DNA of 32,000 nt from Candidatus Saccharimonas sp. (lineage in GTDB: Bacteria; Patescibacteriota; Saccharimonadia; Saccharimonadales; Saccharimonadaceae): NCBI GenBank assembly GCA_015256915.3, contig CP076101.2, positions 90,001-122,000 of the forward strand, read 5' to 3'. A program made the position numbers and the translations under genes. The notes beneath the pieces were generated by a model. That model saw only the letters and a list, made by a program, of their open reading frames with translations, was not told the DNA's origin and did no database searches. This document shows, piece after piece, positions 1-8,371 of the stretch (its first letter is position 1; each line of letters starts with the position of its first letter).

Positions 1-260
1 TGATTAGCTTAAAAATGCTACCGCCACGCCCAGAACGCTATAGAAAACGCCGTTCTTTATGGATGGTTGCGCAGTGGGTTTATATGCCTGTAACTTCAAT
101 ATGTTATAACGCAGCAGCAGCAGCATATTCACAAACTCGTTTAGCATTCGGTAAATATCTTGATAAATTTGATGTTACTGAAAAAGGGCGAATTGAAGAT
201 GTTGAACGTGCGAAGGCTGAAAGAGCTAAAAGACGAGCTTTAAAGAAGCAAAAAAAATAA
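1..260 (+). CDS. C-terminal fragment of a protein that starts upstream of the window; function unknown
   Basis: The reading frame is open from the window edge (frame of nt 3) to TAA at 258-260. The track ORF is 15..260. It ends in a K/R-rich tail (...KRRALKKQKK). No family is recognisable from ~85 visible residues. Confidence 0.4.
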   Translation, partial: ISLKMLPPRPERYRKRRSLWMVAQWVYMPVTSICYNAAAAAYSQTRLAFGKYLDKFDVTEKGRIEDVERAKAERAKRRALKKQKK

Positions 261-480
261 GTACTCTGAAAAGGGTATTTTATTTTTTGGCTTAATATTC
301 ATGAAATTTAAAAGCGGCCAATTTGACCGCCTGATGTAGGAGCATTTGTAAGATTTTCTTAAACCTTACCAAAAAATCGTTTGTCGTTTGGGTGACAAAA
401 GGGAATGTGCCAATATGAATGTAACAGAGGATTACTAGAAAAACTTTCATTTTTTATAGTTTTTTATTTGCCCAAACCTG

Positions 481-516
481 ATTAGACTTTTTCCGAAGTC
501 TAATCTCGTTTTTTAT
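481..516 (+). terminator. Intrinsic terminator-like hairpin with no annotated gene directly upstream
   Basis: 9-bp stem attagactt/aagtctaat (481-489 / 496-504) with a 6-nt loop, followed by ctcgTTTTTTaTTTT. Confidence 0.5.
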
Positions 517-588
517 TTTACAGCGTTTTATTTAAAAAAGCAAGCATAATTACGATATTGAGTGTCTTTTTTTTGAAAGTTAAAAATT

Positions 589-665
589 TTGTTCGCTTTT
601 TAATAAAATTGAGTTTTTGAAAATAAAACATTTCACACGAAAGTCAAACTCAAAAAAGCGAACAA
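589..665. repeat. Long imperfect inverted repeat (hairpin) in a non-coding AT-rich gap
   Basis: Perfect 12-bp arms ttgttcgctttt (589-600) / aaaagcgaacaa (654-665), plus inner 8-bp arms ttgagttt (609-616) / aaactcaa (646-653). Confidence 0.6.
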
Positions 666-820
666 CCCAAAATAAATATCTCACCAAATGAATAAAAATT
701 TTCGAAAGCTAAAAACCAGCTTGTGGAAAAGCTTTGATGGAATGTGTAAAACTAAAAACACCATAACGCTATATGTAGTTAAGAAAAAAAGAACAAAAGT
801 TGTAAAATCTATTGAGTTTT

Positions 821-849
821 TTGCAAAGAAGTTGGTTTTTTGATATAAT
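821..849 (+). promoter_or_regulatory. Sigma70-type promoter with extended -10, upstream of the methyltransferase operon
   Basis: TTGCAA (821-826), a 17-nt spacer, then TGaTATAAT (841-849). Confidence 0.55.
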
Positions 850-853
850 GATA

Positions 854-989
854 GTGTTCTAAAATATTATAAATATAAAGCAGACTTTCGAAAAAGTTAT
901 TTTTTGCGTATTTGAGCCTTAGATAGGGCACTCTACGCGAATCATATTTTGTTGGCTCAATTGGGTCTGCTATAAATATTTTAGAACAC
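854..989 (+). promoter_or_regulatory. Structured 5' leader: long-range inverted repeat enclosing ~100 nt, ending 5 nt before the AAGGAG at 995-1000
   Basis: gtgttctaaaatatt (854-868) is the exact reverse complement of aatattttagaacac (975-989). A second pairing is agcagac (879-885) / gtctgct (965-971). Inner stems are ttgagcc (913-919) / ggctcaa (954-960). The 5' arm starts at the predicted TSS. Confidence 0.5.
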
Positions 990-1059
990 TTCGCAAGGAG
1001 TGTCCTATTTTATTTATAGTAAAAATGAAAATCCTTTTTCGAAAAAGAAAGGATTTTTC

Positions 1060-2004
1060 GTGGCGAATAAAAATCTCACACGAGCAAAAAAGGTCAAAAA
1101 TGATGAATTTTATACACAATACGATGATATTGAGAAGGAGTGTGAAAGGTATCGTGACCAATTTTATGGCAAAATAATTTACTGTAATTGCGACGACCCT
1201 GAAAATAGTAATTTCTTCTTATATTTTGCGAATAATTTTAAGTTTTTTGGCTTAAAGAAACTTATAACCACTCATTATGATTCTGAAAGGCCAACTTATA
1301 AACTGGAACTAACAGAAGAAATGATTGAAGACGGCGCCGTAACTGCTGAATGTGCCAAGAAAACTCTGCTCAAGGGTAACGGAGATTTTCGCAATCAAGA
1401 GAGTATTAAATTATTAAAAGAAGCCGATATAATCATAACTAATCCACCGTTTTCACTTTTTAGAGAATATATCGCTCAATTGATTAAGTATGGAAAGCAA
1501 TTTTTAATTATGGGAAATAATAACTCAATCACCTATAAAGAGATTTTTAAATTAATAAAAGAAAACAAAATTTGGCTTGGTTATGATGTTAATAAAACTA
1601 TGGAGTTTGCTTTAAGTGATAGTTATGAGAAATGGAGTCGTATAGAAAATGGTGTAAAGTATGGAAAAGTTCCTGCAATATCTTGGTTTACGAATCTTGA
1701 AACAGATAAACGCCATCAGGAGTTGATTTTATATAAAAAATATACCGCTGAAGAATTTCCGAAATATGATAATTATGACGCAATTGAAGTTTCGAAAGTT
1801 GTTGATATTCCGCAAGATTATGACGGTGTTATGGGTGTACCAATTACTTTTCTTGATAAATTCAATCCAGATCAATTTGAATTAATAGGCTCTAATCGTT
1901 GGGTTGGTCAAGACGAAGACGGAGTGTATGGTAGAAGTTCGTATTTGAATGGAAAAGAAACTTTTAAAAGGCTATTTATAAAGAATAAGAAAGTGAGTAA
2001 ATAA
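1060..2004 (+). CDS. N6-adenine DNA methyltransferase, M.EcoRI family (gamma-type, NPPF motif)
   Basis: The track ORF is 1000..2004. Recalled M.EcoRI similarity runs along the whole length: KNDEFYTQYDDIEKE, YCNCDDPENSNFF, IIITNPPFSLFREYIAQLIKY, NSITYKEIFKLIKENKIWLG, KYDNYDAIEV, GVMGVPITFLDKFNPDQFELIG. The likely true start is GTG 1060 (MANKNLTRAKK..., matching the M.EcoRI N-terminus), with aaagga 7 nt upstream. Confidence 0.85.
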   Translation: MANKNLTRAKKVKNDEFYTQYDDIEKECERYRDQFYGKIIYCNCDDPENSNFFLYFANNFKFFGLKKLITTHYDSERPTYKLELTEEMIEDGAVTAECAKKTLLKGNGDFRNQESIKLLKEADIIITNPPFSLFREYIAQLIKYGKQFLIMGNNNSITYKEIFKLIKENKIWLGYDVNKTMEFALSDSYEKWSRIENGVKYGKVPAISWFTNLETDKRHQELILYKKYTAEEFPKYDNYDAIEVSKVVDIPQDYDGVMGVPITFLDKFNPDQFELIGSNRWVGQDEDGVYGRSSYLNGKETFKRLFIKNKKVSK

Positions 2005-2006
2005 TT

Positions 2007-3101
2007 ATGAAAATTGAACTTCATAAGATAAAAATCAAAGATATTTTTGAAGGCTATCGAAACAATAATGAAGAAGGTGTTGTTGGCTTTAGCGGAAAGT
2101 TAAATATTCGCCCAAAGTATCAGCGAGAATTTGTTTATGATGATCGCAAACGAAATGCTGTGATTGATACGGTTCGAAAGGGTTTTCCGCTAAATGTGAT
2201 GTATTGGGTGAAAAATTCTGATGGAACTTTTGAAGTTTTAGATGGGCAACAACGAACAATTTCAATTTGTGAATATTTAAATAATAAATTCTCAATTTTG
2301 GATGAAGGAAATCGGAGGAAATTTTTCAATTTGACAGATTTTGAAAAGGAACAGATTAAGAATTATGAATTGATGATTTATTTTTGTGAAGGTAACGATA
2401 AAGAGAAGCTTGACTGGTTTAAAGTCATTAATATTGCTGGCGAAAAGTTAACAGATCAGGAACTTCGTAATGCTATTTATACTGGGGAATGGCTGACGCA
2501 TGCGAAGAGTATTTTTAGTAAAAATAATTGTCCAGCTTGGAATTTAGCAAAAGATTATTTGAACGGTTCGCCAATTCGGCAAGATTATCTTGAAATTGCT
2601 CTTGATTGGATATCGAACGGTGAGATTGAAAAATATATGTCTGAAAATCAGAATAAACAAAACGCAAACGAGCTCTGGTTATATTTTCAAAATGTTATTT
2701 CTTGGGTGAAAATGACATTTATAAATTATCGCAAAGAAATGAAAGGTGTTAATTGGGGTGAGCTATATAATAGATTTAGCAGAGAAAATTTTGATACTAC
2801 TGAAATTGAAAATCGAATTGTTGAATTATTGAAAGATGATGAAGTTACTAAGAAGTCTGGAATTTATAGATATATTTTAACAGGCGAAGAACGTTGGTTG
2901 AGCTTGCGAACTTTTACAGAAAATCAAAAAAGAGAAGCTTACGAGCAACAAAACGGAATTTGTTCGTTATGTGGAGAATATTTTAAGCTCGAAGAAATGC
3001 ATGCCGACCATATTGTGCCGTGGAGTAAGGGTGGTAAAACAGTTATCGAAAATTGCCAAATGCTTTGCATGCAAGATAATATTAAAAAGAGTAATAACTA
3101 A
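2007..3101 (+). CDS. DUF262 (ParB/Srx-like, GmrSD N-terminal type) domain fused to a C-terminal HNH nuclease
   Basis: The N-terminus carries IRPKYQREFVY...VLDGQQRT (DUF262 DGQQR signature). The C-terminus carries CSLCG...HADHIVPWSKGG...NCQMLC...NIKKSN (HNH). The ATG lies 2 nt after the methyltransferase stop, so the genes are coupled. Confidence 0.8.
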   Translation: MKIELHKIKIKDIFEGYRNNNEEGVVGFSGKLNIRPKYQREFVYDDRKRNAVIDTVRKGFPLNVMYWVKNSDGTFEVLDGQQRTISICEYLNNKFSILDEGNRRKFFNLTDFEKEQIKNYELMIYFCEGNDKEKLDWFKVINIAGEKLTDQELRNAIYTGEWLTHAKSIFSKNNCPAWNLAKDYLNGSPIRQDYLEIALDWISNGEIEKYMSENQNKQNANELWLYFQNVISWVKMTFINYRKEMKGVNWGELYNRFSRENFDTTEIENRIVELLKDDEVTKKSGIYRYILTGEERWLSLRTFTENQKREAYEQQNGICSLCGEYFKLEEMHADHIVPWSKGGKTVIENCQMLCMQDNIKKSNN

Positions 3102-3110
3102 AATAAAAAA

Positions 3111-3140
3111 CAGCTTTCGAAAATGAAGGCTGTTTTGATT
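3111..3140. terminator. Intrinsic terminator between the convergent HNH gene and tRNA-Val
   Basis: Stem cagctttc (3111-3118) / gaaggctg (3125-3132), A-tract before and TTTT after. TTCGAA lies at the stem-loop junction. Confidence 0.6.
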
Positions 3141-3147
3141 TTAATTT

Positions 3148-3224
3148 TGGTGGGCGATAGAGGACTCGAACCTCTGACTTTCACAACGTCAATGTGACGC
3201 TCTAGCCAACTGAGCTAATCGCCC
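3148..3224 (-). tRNA. tRNA-Val (anticodon GAC)
   Basis: The reverse complement folds as a canonical cloverleaf: GGGCGAT TA GCTC AGTTGGCTA GAGC G TCACA TTGACGT TGTGA AAGTC AGAGG TTCGAGT CCTCT ATCGCCC A CCA. Confidence 0.9.
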
Positions 3225-3245
3225 GTGGTTTTATTTTAGCAAAGC

Positions 3246-3274
3246 TTGCAAGAAAATTCAAGTGGTGATAAAAT
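3246..3274 (+). promoter_or_regulatory. Promoter of thrS
   Basis: TTGCAA (3246-3251), a 17-nt spacer, then TGaTAAAAT (3266-3274). Confidence 0.45.
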
Positions 3275-3311
3275 AAAAAGAGTTAAAATATTATTTTCGA
3301 AAGGATTTTAA

Positions 3312-5129
3312 GTGGATAATAAAGAAGAAAAACTTTTTAAAATGCGTCACAGCCTTGCGCATATTATGGCGGCAGCAGTTCAGCGAATTTATAAGGACGC
3401 AAAGTTCGGTGTGGGGCCAGCAATCAGTGATGGTTTTTATTATGATATTGATTTAGGCGAAAATAAAATTTCAGAAAAAAACTTTGGAAAAATTGAAAAA
3501 GCTATGCGCCGAATTATTGCTGAAAAGCAAGATTTTGTGCGAAGCGAAGTTTCAATTGAAGAAGCAATTTCTTGGGCAAAAGAAACTAATCAACCATATA
3601 AATTGGAACTCTTGAATGATTTGAAAAATACTGGCACAACAGACGCAAAAATCCTTGCTGAAGGTGATTTTGAGCTTGGCAATGGTGCTGAAACTGTTAG
3701 TTTTTATACTAATGGAAACTATAAGGATTTATGCCGAGGTCCACACCTTTCGAATACTAGCGAAGTTGGCGCTTTTAAATTGATGCGTGTGGCGGGTGCT
3801 TATTGGCGTGGTGATGAGAGAAAACCACAGATGCAACGACTTTATGGTGTGGCTTTTGAAACGCAAGAAGAACTCGATGAATATCTTGAACGAATGGAAG
3901 AAGCCAAAAAACGTGACCATCGTAAACTTGGTAAAGAACTTGATTTGTATACCGTTTCTCCACTTGTTGGCATTGGTTTGCCACTCTTCACGCCGCGTGG
4001 AACAATTTTACGCGATGTTTTAGCAAACTATTCAAATCAATTACGCCAAAAATACGGTTTCGAAAAAGTTTGGACTCCGCACATTACTAAAAAAGATTTG
4101 TATGAAAAATCTGGACACTGGGCTAAATTTGGCGAAGAGCTTTTCTTGGTGAAATCGCAGGTTACTGGTGGTCAATTTGCACTAAAACCAATGAACTGCC
4201 CACATCATACACAGATTTTTGCTTCGAATCCAAGAAGCTACAAAGATTTACCAATCCGTTATCTTGAAACAACAACAGATTATCGTGATGAGCAAACTGG
4301 TGAGCTTGGTGGTTTGAACCGTGTTCGTTCTTTAACACAGGATGATTCGCATATTTTTTGTCGAACTGATCAAATTGAAGGTGAAATTCAAAACTTGTTA
4401 GCTGCTGCCCATGAGCTTTATTCTGGAATTGGAATGAAACTTCGAGTGCGCCTTAGCTATCGTGATGATTCTGATAGCTATCTTGGTGATTTGGCGGTCT
4501 GGGAAAGTGCACAAAATCAGCTTAAGAAAGCGGTTATTTCGAATAATTTAGATTATTTTGAAGAAGAGGGTGAAGCAGCATTTTATGGACCAAAAATCGA
4601 CTTTATGGCAACAGATGCAATTGGTCGTGAACACCAAGTTGCAACGGTTCAGCTTGATTTTGTTCAGCCTGAGCGATTCGAACTTTCATATAAAAATTCT
4701 GAAGGCCAAGATGAACGGCCTGTGATGATTCACTGTGCTTTACTCGGTTCAATTGAGCGGTTTATGAGTGTTTATATTGAGCATAAAGCTGGCTGGTTTG
4801 ATTTTTGGGCAGCTCCTGAGCAAGTTCGAATTTTAACAATCAACGATACTTTAAATGATTACGTTGAAGAAGTTTCGAAGATTCTTTCAGCTACTGTTCT
4901 TGATTCCCCAGTTAGACTCAATGAGATTCGCTATTCGGTAGATGGACGCAATGAATCATTAGGAAAGAAGATTCGTGAGGCAACTGCAATGAAAATCCCG
5001 GTTCAGCTAATTATTGGCCCTAAAGATAAAGAAAATAATGAAGTTAGTGTTCGTTTTCGAAAAAATAGTGAATTCGTTGAAGAAAAAGTTACTCTTCAAG
5101 ATTTAGTGGAATTTATTCGAAAAATATAA
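3312..5129 (+). CDS. thrS: Threonine--tRNA ligase lacking the N-terminal TGS domain
   Basis: 605 aa with a GTG start. It begins at the editing domain (RHSLAHIMAAA, GFYYDIDL). Class II motifs are present: CRGPH, AGAYWRGD, RDHRKLGKEL, PMNCPHH, FHQDDSHIF-like (LTQDDSHIF). Confidence 0.92.
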   Translation: MDNKEEKLFKMRHSLAHIMAAAVQRIYKDAKFGVGPAISDGFYYDIDLGENKISEKNFGKIEKAMRRIIAEKQDFVRSEVSIEEAISWAKETNQPYKLELLNDLKNTGTTDAKILAEGDFELGNGAETVSFYTNGNYKDLCRGPHLSNTSEVGAFKLMRVAGAYWRGDERKPQMQRLYGVAFETQEELDEYLERMEEAKKRDHRKLGKELDLYTVSPLVGIGLPLFTPRGTILRDVLANYSNQLRQKYGFEKVWTPHITKKDLYEKSGHWAKFGEELFLVKSQVTGGQFALKPMNCPHHTQIFASNPRSYKDLPIRYLETTTDYRDEQTGELGGLNRVRSLTQDDSHIFCRTDQIEGEIQNLLAAAHELYSGIGMKLRVRLSYRDDSDSYLGDLAVWESAQNQLKKAVISNNLDYFEEEGEAAFYGPKIDFMATDAIGREHQVATVQLDFVQPERFELSYKNSEGQDERPVMIHCALLGSIERFMSVYIEHKAGWFDFWAAPEQVRILTINDTLNDYVEEVSKILSATVLDSPVRLNEIRYSVDGRNESLGKKIREATAMKIPVQLIIGPKDKENNEVSVRFRKNSEFVEEKVTLQDLVEFIRKI

Positions 5130-5132
5130 AGT

Positions 5133-6017
5133 ATGAGAAATAACACTTTAGTTATAATCACTGGCCCGACTGCAAGCGGTAAGACGAGCTTGGCTATAAA
5201 ATTAGCCAAGCTTTTTGGCGGTGAGATTATTTCTGCTGATTCACGTGCGATTTATAAAGATATTAATATTGCTTCTGCAAAACCAACGATTAAGGAGCAA
5301 GAAGGTGTTATGCATTGGGGCTTTGATTTAGTTGAGCCCGGAGAGCGTTTTACTGCAGCAGATTTTAAGGAATATACCTATGCTAAGATTGATGATATTT
5401 TAGATCGTGGTAAAATTCCATTTTTAGTTGGTGGAACTGGATTATATATTGATGCGGTTTTATATGATTATAACTTTGGTGGTGAAGTTGATGATGATTT
5501 TCGAAAAGGCCTGAACCAGAGAACTGTCGAAGATCTACAAAAGTATATTTTTGAAAATAAAATTGAAATGCCAGAAAATAATAAGAATAAGCGATATCTA
5601 ATTCGATCAATAGAAAAAAGCATAAGCGAAAAGGGTAAAAGTTGTAAAAAACACAATAAGTATAATAATATTGTTGTAGGAATAACAACTAATCGCGAAG
5701 AACTACGAGAAAAAATCTTTAAAAGAAATGAGCATTTTTTTATCTCTGGAATAATTGAAGAATACAAAAAAGTTGAACAGAAATATGGCCCAAATTCTGA
5801 AGCAATGACAGCAAATGCTTATCCGTTAATTCGAAATTTTTTGAATGGAGAATTGGATGAAAAGGAACTTATTGATAAGATGTCTGTGCGGGATTGGAGA
5901 TTGGCTAAAAGACAGATAACTTTTATGAAGAGAAATAAAGATATAGTGTGGCTTGATTTAAAAGATGCTGAACAATTTATTATTTCGAAAATTAATAAAT
6001 GTATAAAAAAGTTGTAA
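5133..6017 (+). CDS. miaA: tRNA dimethylallyltransferase
   Basis: P-loop ITGPTASGKTSLAI, then ISADSRAIYKDINIASAKPT and LVGGTGLYI. It starts 3 nt after the thrS stop. Confidence 0.85.
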   Translation: MRNNTLVIITGPTASGKTSLAIKLAKLFGGEIISADSRAIYKDINIASAKPTIKEQEGVMHWGFDLVEPGERFTAADFKEYTYAKIDDILDRGKIPFLVGGTGLYIDAVLYDYNFGGEVDDDFRKGLNQRTVEDLQKYIFENKIEMPENNKNKRYLIRSIEKSISEKGKSCKKHNKYNNIVVGITTNREELREKIFKRNEHFFISGIIEEYKKVEQKYGPNSEAMTANAYPLIRNFLNGELDEKELIDKMSVRDWRLAKRQITFMKRNKDIVWLDLKDAEQFIISKINKCIKKL

Positions 6018-6058
6018 AAGGTCTAGTTGATTTTTGAAAAATATGGTAAAATAGATTT

Positions 6059-6673
6059 ATGGAACAGAGTATAAATGCACTATTTGGCTCAAAAACGAGG
6101 GTTAAACTTTTAAACCTATTTTTCAATAGTCCAGAAGAGAAGTTTTATGTTCGTGAAATATCGCGAATTATTGATGAACAAGTTAACTCTGTTCGGAGAG
6201 AACTAACCAATCTTGAAAGTGTTGGCATCGTAAAAAACTCAACAGAAGATAGGAAGATTTTCTATCAAGCGAACCAGAGGTTTAAATACTACCTTCCGCT
6301 AAGGGCGATTTTTGCTGGAGTTAAAATGAACGAGAGTGTTTCTGTTGATAAAAAAATATCTTCTATAGATAGATGGCAGTCTGAAGTTGAAAATATTCAA
6401 AAGCAAATAGATATTCTTGTATTATTTGGAGTTTTCGTTGATGATGTGGATTCGGATATTGATATGTTGATAGTTGGAAATAACCAGGATAAAAAGCTTT
6501 CGAATTGGGCTTCAGATATTGAGAAGAAAGAAGGCCGTGAGCTAAACTATATGATTTTATCTATGGAAGATTTTTATTATCGATACACTACGCAAGATAC
6601 CTTTATGAAAGGGTTATTTAAAAATAATTACAAAATAGTCTTTGATAAAGAGAATATACTTGAAAAATTATAA
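6059..6673 (+). CDS. Winged-helix (ArsR-like) DNA-binding protein with a C-terminal nucleotidyltransferase-like region
   Basis: N-terminus LFGSKTRVKLLNLFF...YVREISRII...NSVRRELTNLESVGIV. C-terminus DSDIDMLIVG. The ATG lies 6 nt after a TGgTAAAAT -10 element, so the mRNA is probably leaderless. Confidence 0.6.
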   Translation: MEQSINALFGSKTRVKLLNLFFNSPEEKFYVREISRIIDEQVNSVRRELTNLESVGIVKNSTEDRKIFYQANQRFKYYLPLRAIFAGVKMNESVSVDKKISSIDRWQSEVENIQKQIDILVLFGVFVDDVDSDIDMLIVGNNQDKKLSNWASDIEKKEGRELNYMILSMEDFYYRYTTQDTFMKGLFKNNYKIVFDKENILEKL

Positions 6674-6685
6674 TGGGAGTAAAAA

Positions 6686-7324
6686 ATGTTTGATATTGAA
6701 TATAAGGGTGCAAACAGTATCGTAATTTCTACAAAAAAGATTTCATTAATAACTGATCCTAAACATTCTATTTTTGGTGACAAAGATTTAGTTATTAAAG
6801 AAGGGGTTGAGCTTGCCACTGAGGAGAGGTTTAAAACTAGTAATGAAGATTTTAAGCTTTCAATATCCTATCCTGGAAGTTATGAAGTGTCAGATTTTAC
6901 TATAAATGGTTATCAAGAAAAACGGCATATTGATGAAGACAAGGATGGTGAAAAATCTGTAATTTATAGTGTTGAAGTTTGTGGTGTTAGAATTGGTATT
7001 TTGGGAAATATTGACCCAAATTTATCTGATGACCAGCTTGAGAACCTTGGTGTTTTGGATATTTTAGTTTTACCGATTGGTGGTGGCGGATATACTCTAG
7101 ATGTAACAGCTGCGGCAAATATTGCTAGAAGATCTGATGCGAAAATAATTATTCCTGTTCATTATGCTGATGATGGGATTAACTACGAAGTTCCTCAATC
7201 TGATTTTGCGCTTTTCGAAAAAGAACTAGGTGTTGATGTTGAAAAAACTACAAAGTATAAAGTGAAATCAGCTACAAGTTTACCTGAGAAAATGACAATA
7301 GTTAAAATTGAACGGACAAAATAA
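6686..7324 (+). CDS. MBL-fold (Lactamase_B_3-like) hydrolase homologue, metal motif apparently degenerate
   Basis: IEYKGANSIVISTKK..LITDP at the N-terminus and DILVLPIGGGGYTLD..AA...AKIIIPVHY at the C-terminus resemble UPF0173-type MBL proteins. No HxHxDH motif was seen. Confidence 0.5.
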   Translation: MFDIEYKGANSIVISTKKISLITDPKHSIFGDKDLVIKEGVELATEERFKTSNEDFKLSISYPGSYEVSDFTINGYQEKRHIDEDKDGEKSVIYSVEVCGVRIGILGNIDPNLSDDQLENLGVLDILVLPIGGGGYTLDVTAAANIARRSDAKIIIPVHYADDGINYEVPQSDFALFEKELGVDVEKTTKYKVKSATSLPEKMTIVKIERTK

Positions 7325-7333
7325 TATTTTTTA

Positions 7334-7367
7334 AAGAGCTAATCTTTCGAAGATAGGCTCTTTTTTA
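7334..7367 (+). terminator. Intrinsic terminator after the MBL-like gene
   Basis: agagc(t)aatctt-cg-aagat(a)ggctct followed by TTTTTT. TTCGAA forms the apex. Confidence 0.65.
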
Positions 7368-7371
7368 TATA

Positions 7372-7400
7372 AGAAAAAACCCACAAAATTGTGGGAATTT
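7372..7400 (-). terminator. Intrinsic terminator of rpmB (minus strand)
   Basis: cccacaa (7380-7386) / ttgtggg (7389-7395), with a T-tract on the minus strand (the aaaaaa at 7374-7379 on the plus strand). Confidence 0.6.
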
Positions 7401-7418
7401 TCTTTTGAGATAAAAATA

Positions 7419-7607
7419 TTATAGAATACCTTTTTTCTTCAAAGTTCGGATAGCTGCGGTGCTCAAATTTAGTCGAACTTTTTTACCATCAATAATAATA
7501 GTTTTCTTTTGGATGTTTGGCTTAAAAGTTCGTTTTGTGCGTCGCAATGAAAAGCTAACGTTGTTTCCGTGTTGCTTTCCTTTTCCTGTTAAATCACATA
7601 CTGCCAT
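7419..7607 (-). CDS. rpmB: 50S ribosomal protein L28
   Basis: MAVCDLTGKGKQHGNNVSFSLRRTKRTFKPNIQKK... The track ORF (to 7673) carries a 22-aa non-homologous extension. The conserved start is the ATG at 7607. Confidence 0.88.
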   Translation of the reverse strand: MAVCDLTGKGKQHGNNVSFSLRRTKRTFKPNIQKKTIIIDGKKVRLNLSTAAIRTLKKKGIL

Positions 7608-7673
7608 TTTAACTCTCTTTACTTTAATATTTACAATCTGTTCCATTATAACGTATTTTTTAAAAAAGGTCAA

Positions 7674-8324
7674 GTGGTGTATAATAGATATATGGTTTTT
7701 ATAATATTTATATCTATAATTTCAATATTAGTAGCAATGATCGTTCATGAATTTTCTCACGGATTTGTCGCCTATTTATTGGGTGATGAAACAGCAAAAA
7801 GGGAGGGAAGATTAACTTTAAATCCAATTGCGCATTTAGACCCTTATATTAGTATTATTTTACCGATATTGTGCGTATTTTCAAATCTTCCTGTAATTGG
7901 TGGTGCAAAACCTGTCCCAGTTGATTCTAGGGAGCTTAAATGGGGCAAATGGGGTATGGCCCTCGTTGCTCTTGCTGGGCCTTTGTCTAATTTTATAATG
8001 GCGTTCATATCTTTTACGATAATGCACGCTTTAAACTTATCACATGGTGATATCGCGGCTATTTTTGGTAGATTTACACTAATTAATTTGAGTTTGGCGA
8101 TTTTTAACTTAATTCCGATTCCGCCGCTAGATGGTTCAAAAATTCTTCAACCATTTGCACCAGAATTTATTCAAGATTTTTTTGACAGGCTGGAATCTTA
8201 CGGTTCAATTTTTATTTTAGCTTTAATGTTTTTGTTTTCTACCGTAATTTCTAATTATGTTAATTTCTCAATGAGTCTCATTCTTGAAGGGTTCTCAGCT
8301 TTTTTACGGATTTTTGGTTTGTAG
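7674..8324 (+). CDS. Site-2 protease family (peptidase M50) membrane metalloprotease
   Basis: HEFSHG (HExxH) lies in a TM helix. Also present: LNPIAHLDP, NLIPIPPLDGSKI, and multiple hydrophobic segments. The start is uncertain (GTG 7674 or ATG 7692). Confidence 0.8.
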   Translation: MVYNRYMVFIIFISIISILVAMIVHEFSHGFVAYLLGDETAKREGRLTLNPIAHLDPYISIILPILCVFSNLPVIGGAKPVPVDSRELKWGKWGMALVALAGPLSNFIMAFISFTIMHALNLSHGDIAAIFGRFTLINLSLAIFNLIPIPPLDGSKILQPFAPEFIQDFFDRLESYGSIFILALMFLFSTVISNYVNFSMSLILEGFSAFLRIFGL

Positions 8325-8371
8325 AATTTAAAACACTGGATTTTTATTTTAAAAATTGGTATAATTAAAGT

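Noticed and set aside
688-843. 51-aa basic ORF (MNKNFRKLKTSLWKSFDG...) on the plus strand.
   Set aside because: It has no SD, overlaps the promoter at 821-849, and has a sequence typical of random AT-rich translation.
970-2329. Minus-strand ORFs 970..1161, 2089..2295 and 2135..2329.
   Set aside because: They are antisense to the methyltransferase and DUF262-HNH genes, which have strong homology-type motifs. They look like typical AT-rich shadow ORFs.
3312-5129. ThrRS lacking the N-terminal TGS domain as a novelty.
   Set aside because: The editing-domain HxxxH (HSLAH) and catalytic motifs are intact. Loss of the TGS domain is a plausible reduction in small genomes and is not by itself remarkable.
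3729-5767. ORFs 3729..3920(-), 3775..3984(-), 3787..4023(+), 5383..5688(-), 5468..5767(-).
   Set aside because: They overlap thrS or miaA in other frames or on the other strand, have no recognisable motifs, and show composition-driven sequences.
7459-7704. An 81-aa plus-strand ORF, and the 22-aa N-terminal extension of the rpmB track ORF (7608..7673).
   Set aside because: The plus-strand ORF is antisense to L28. L28 homology starts at MAVCDL (ATG 7607), and the extension has no counterpart in L28 proteins.
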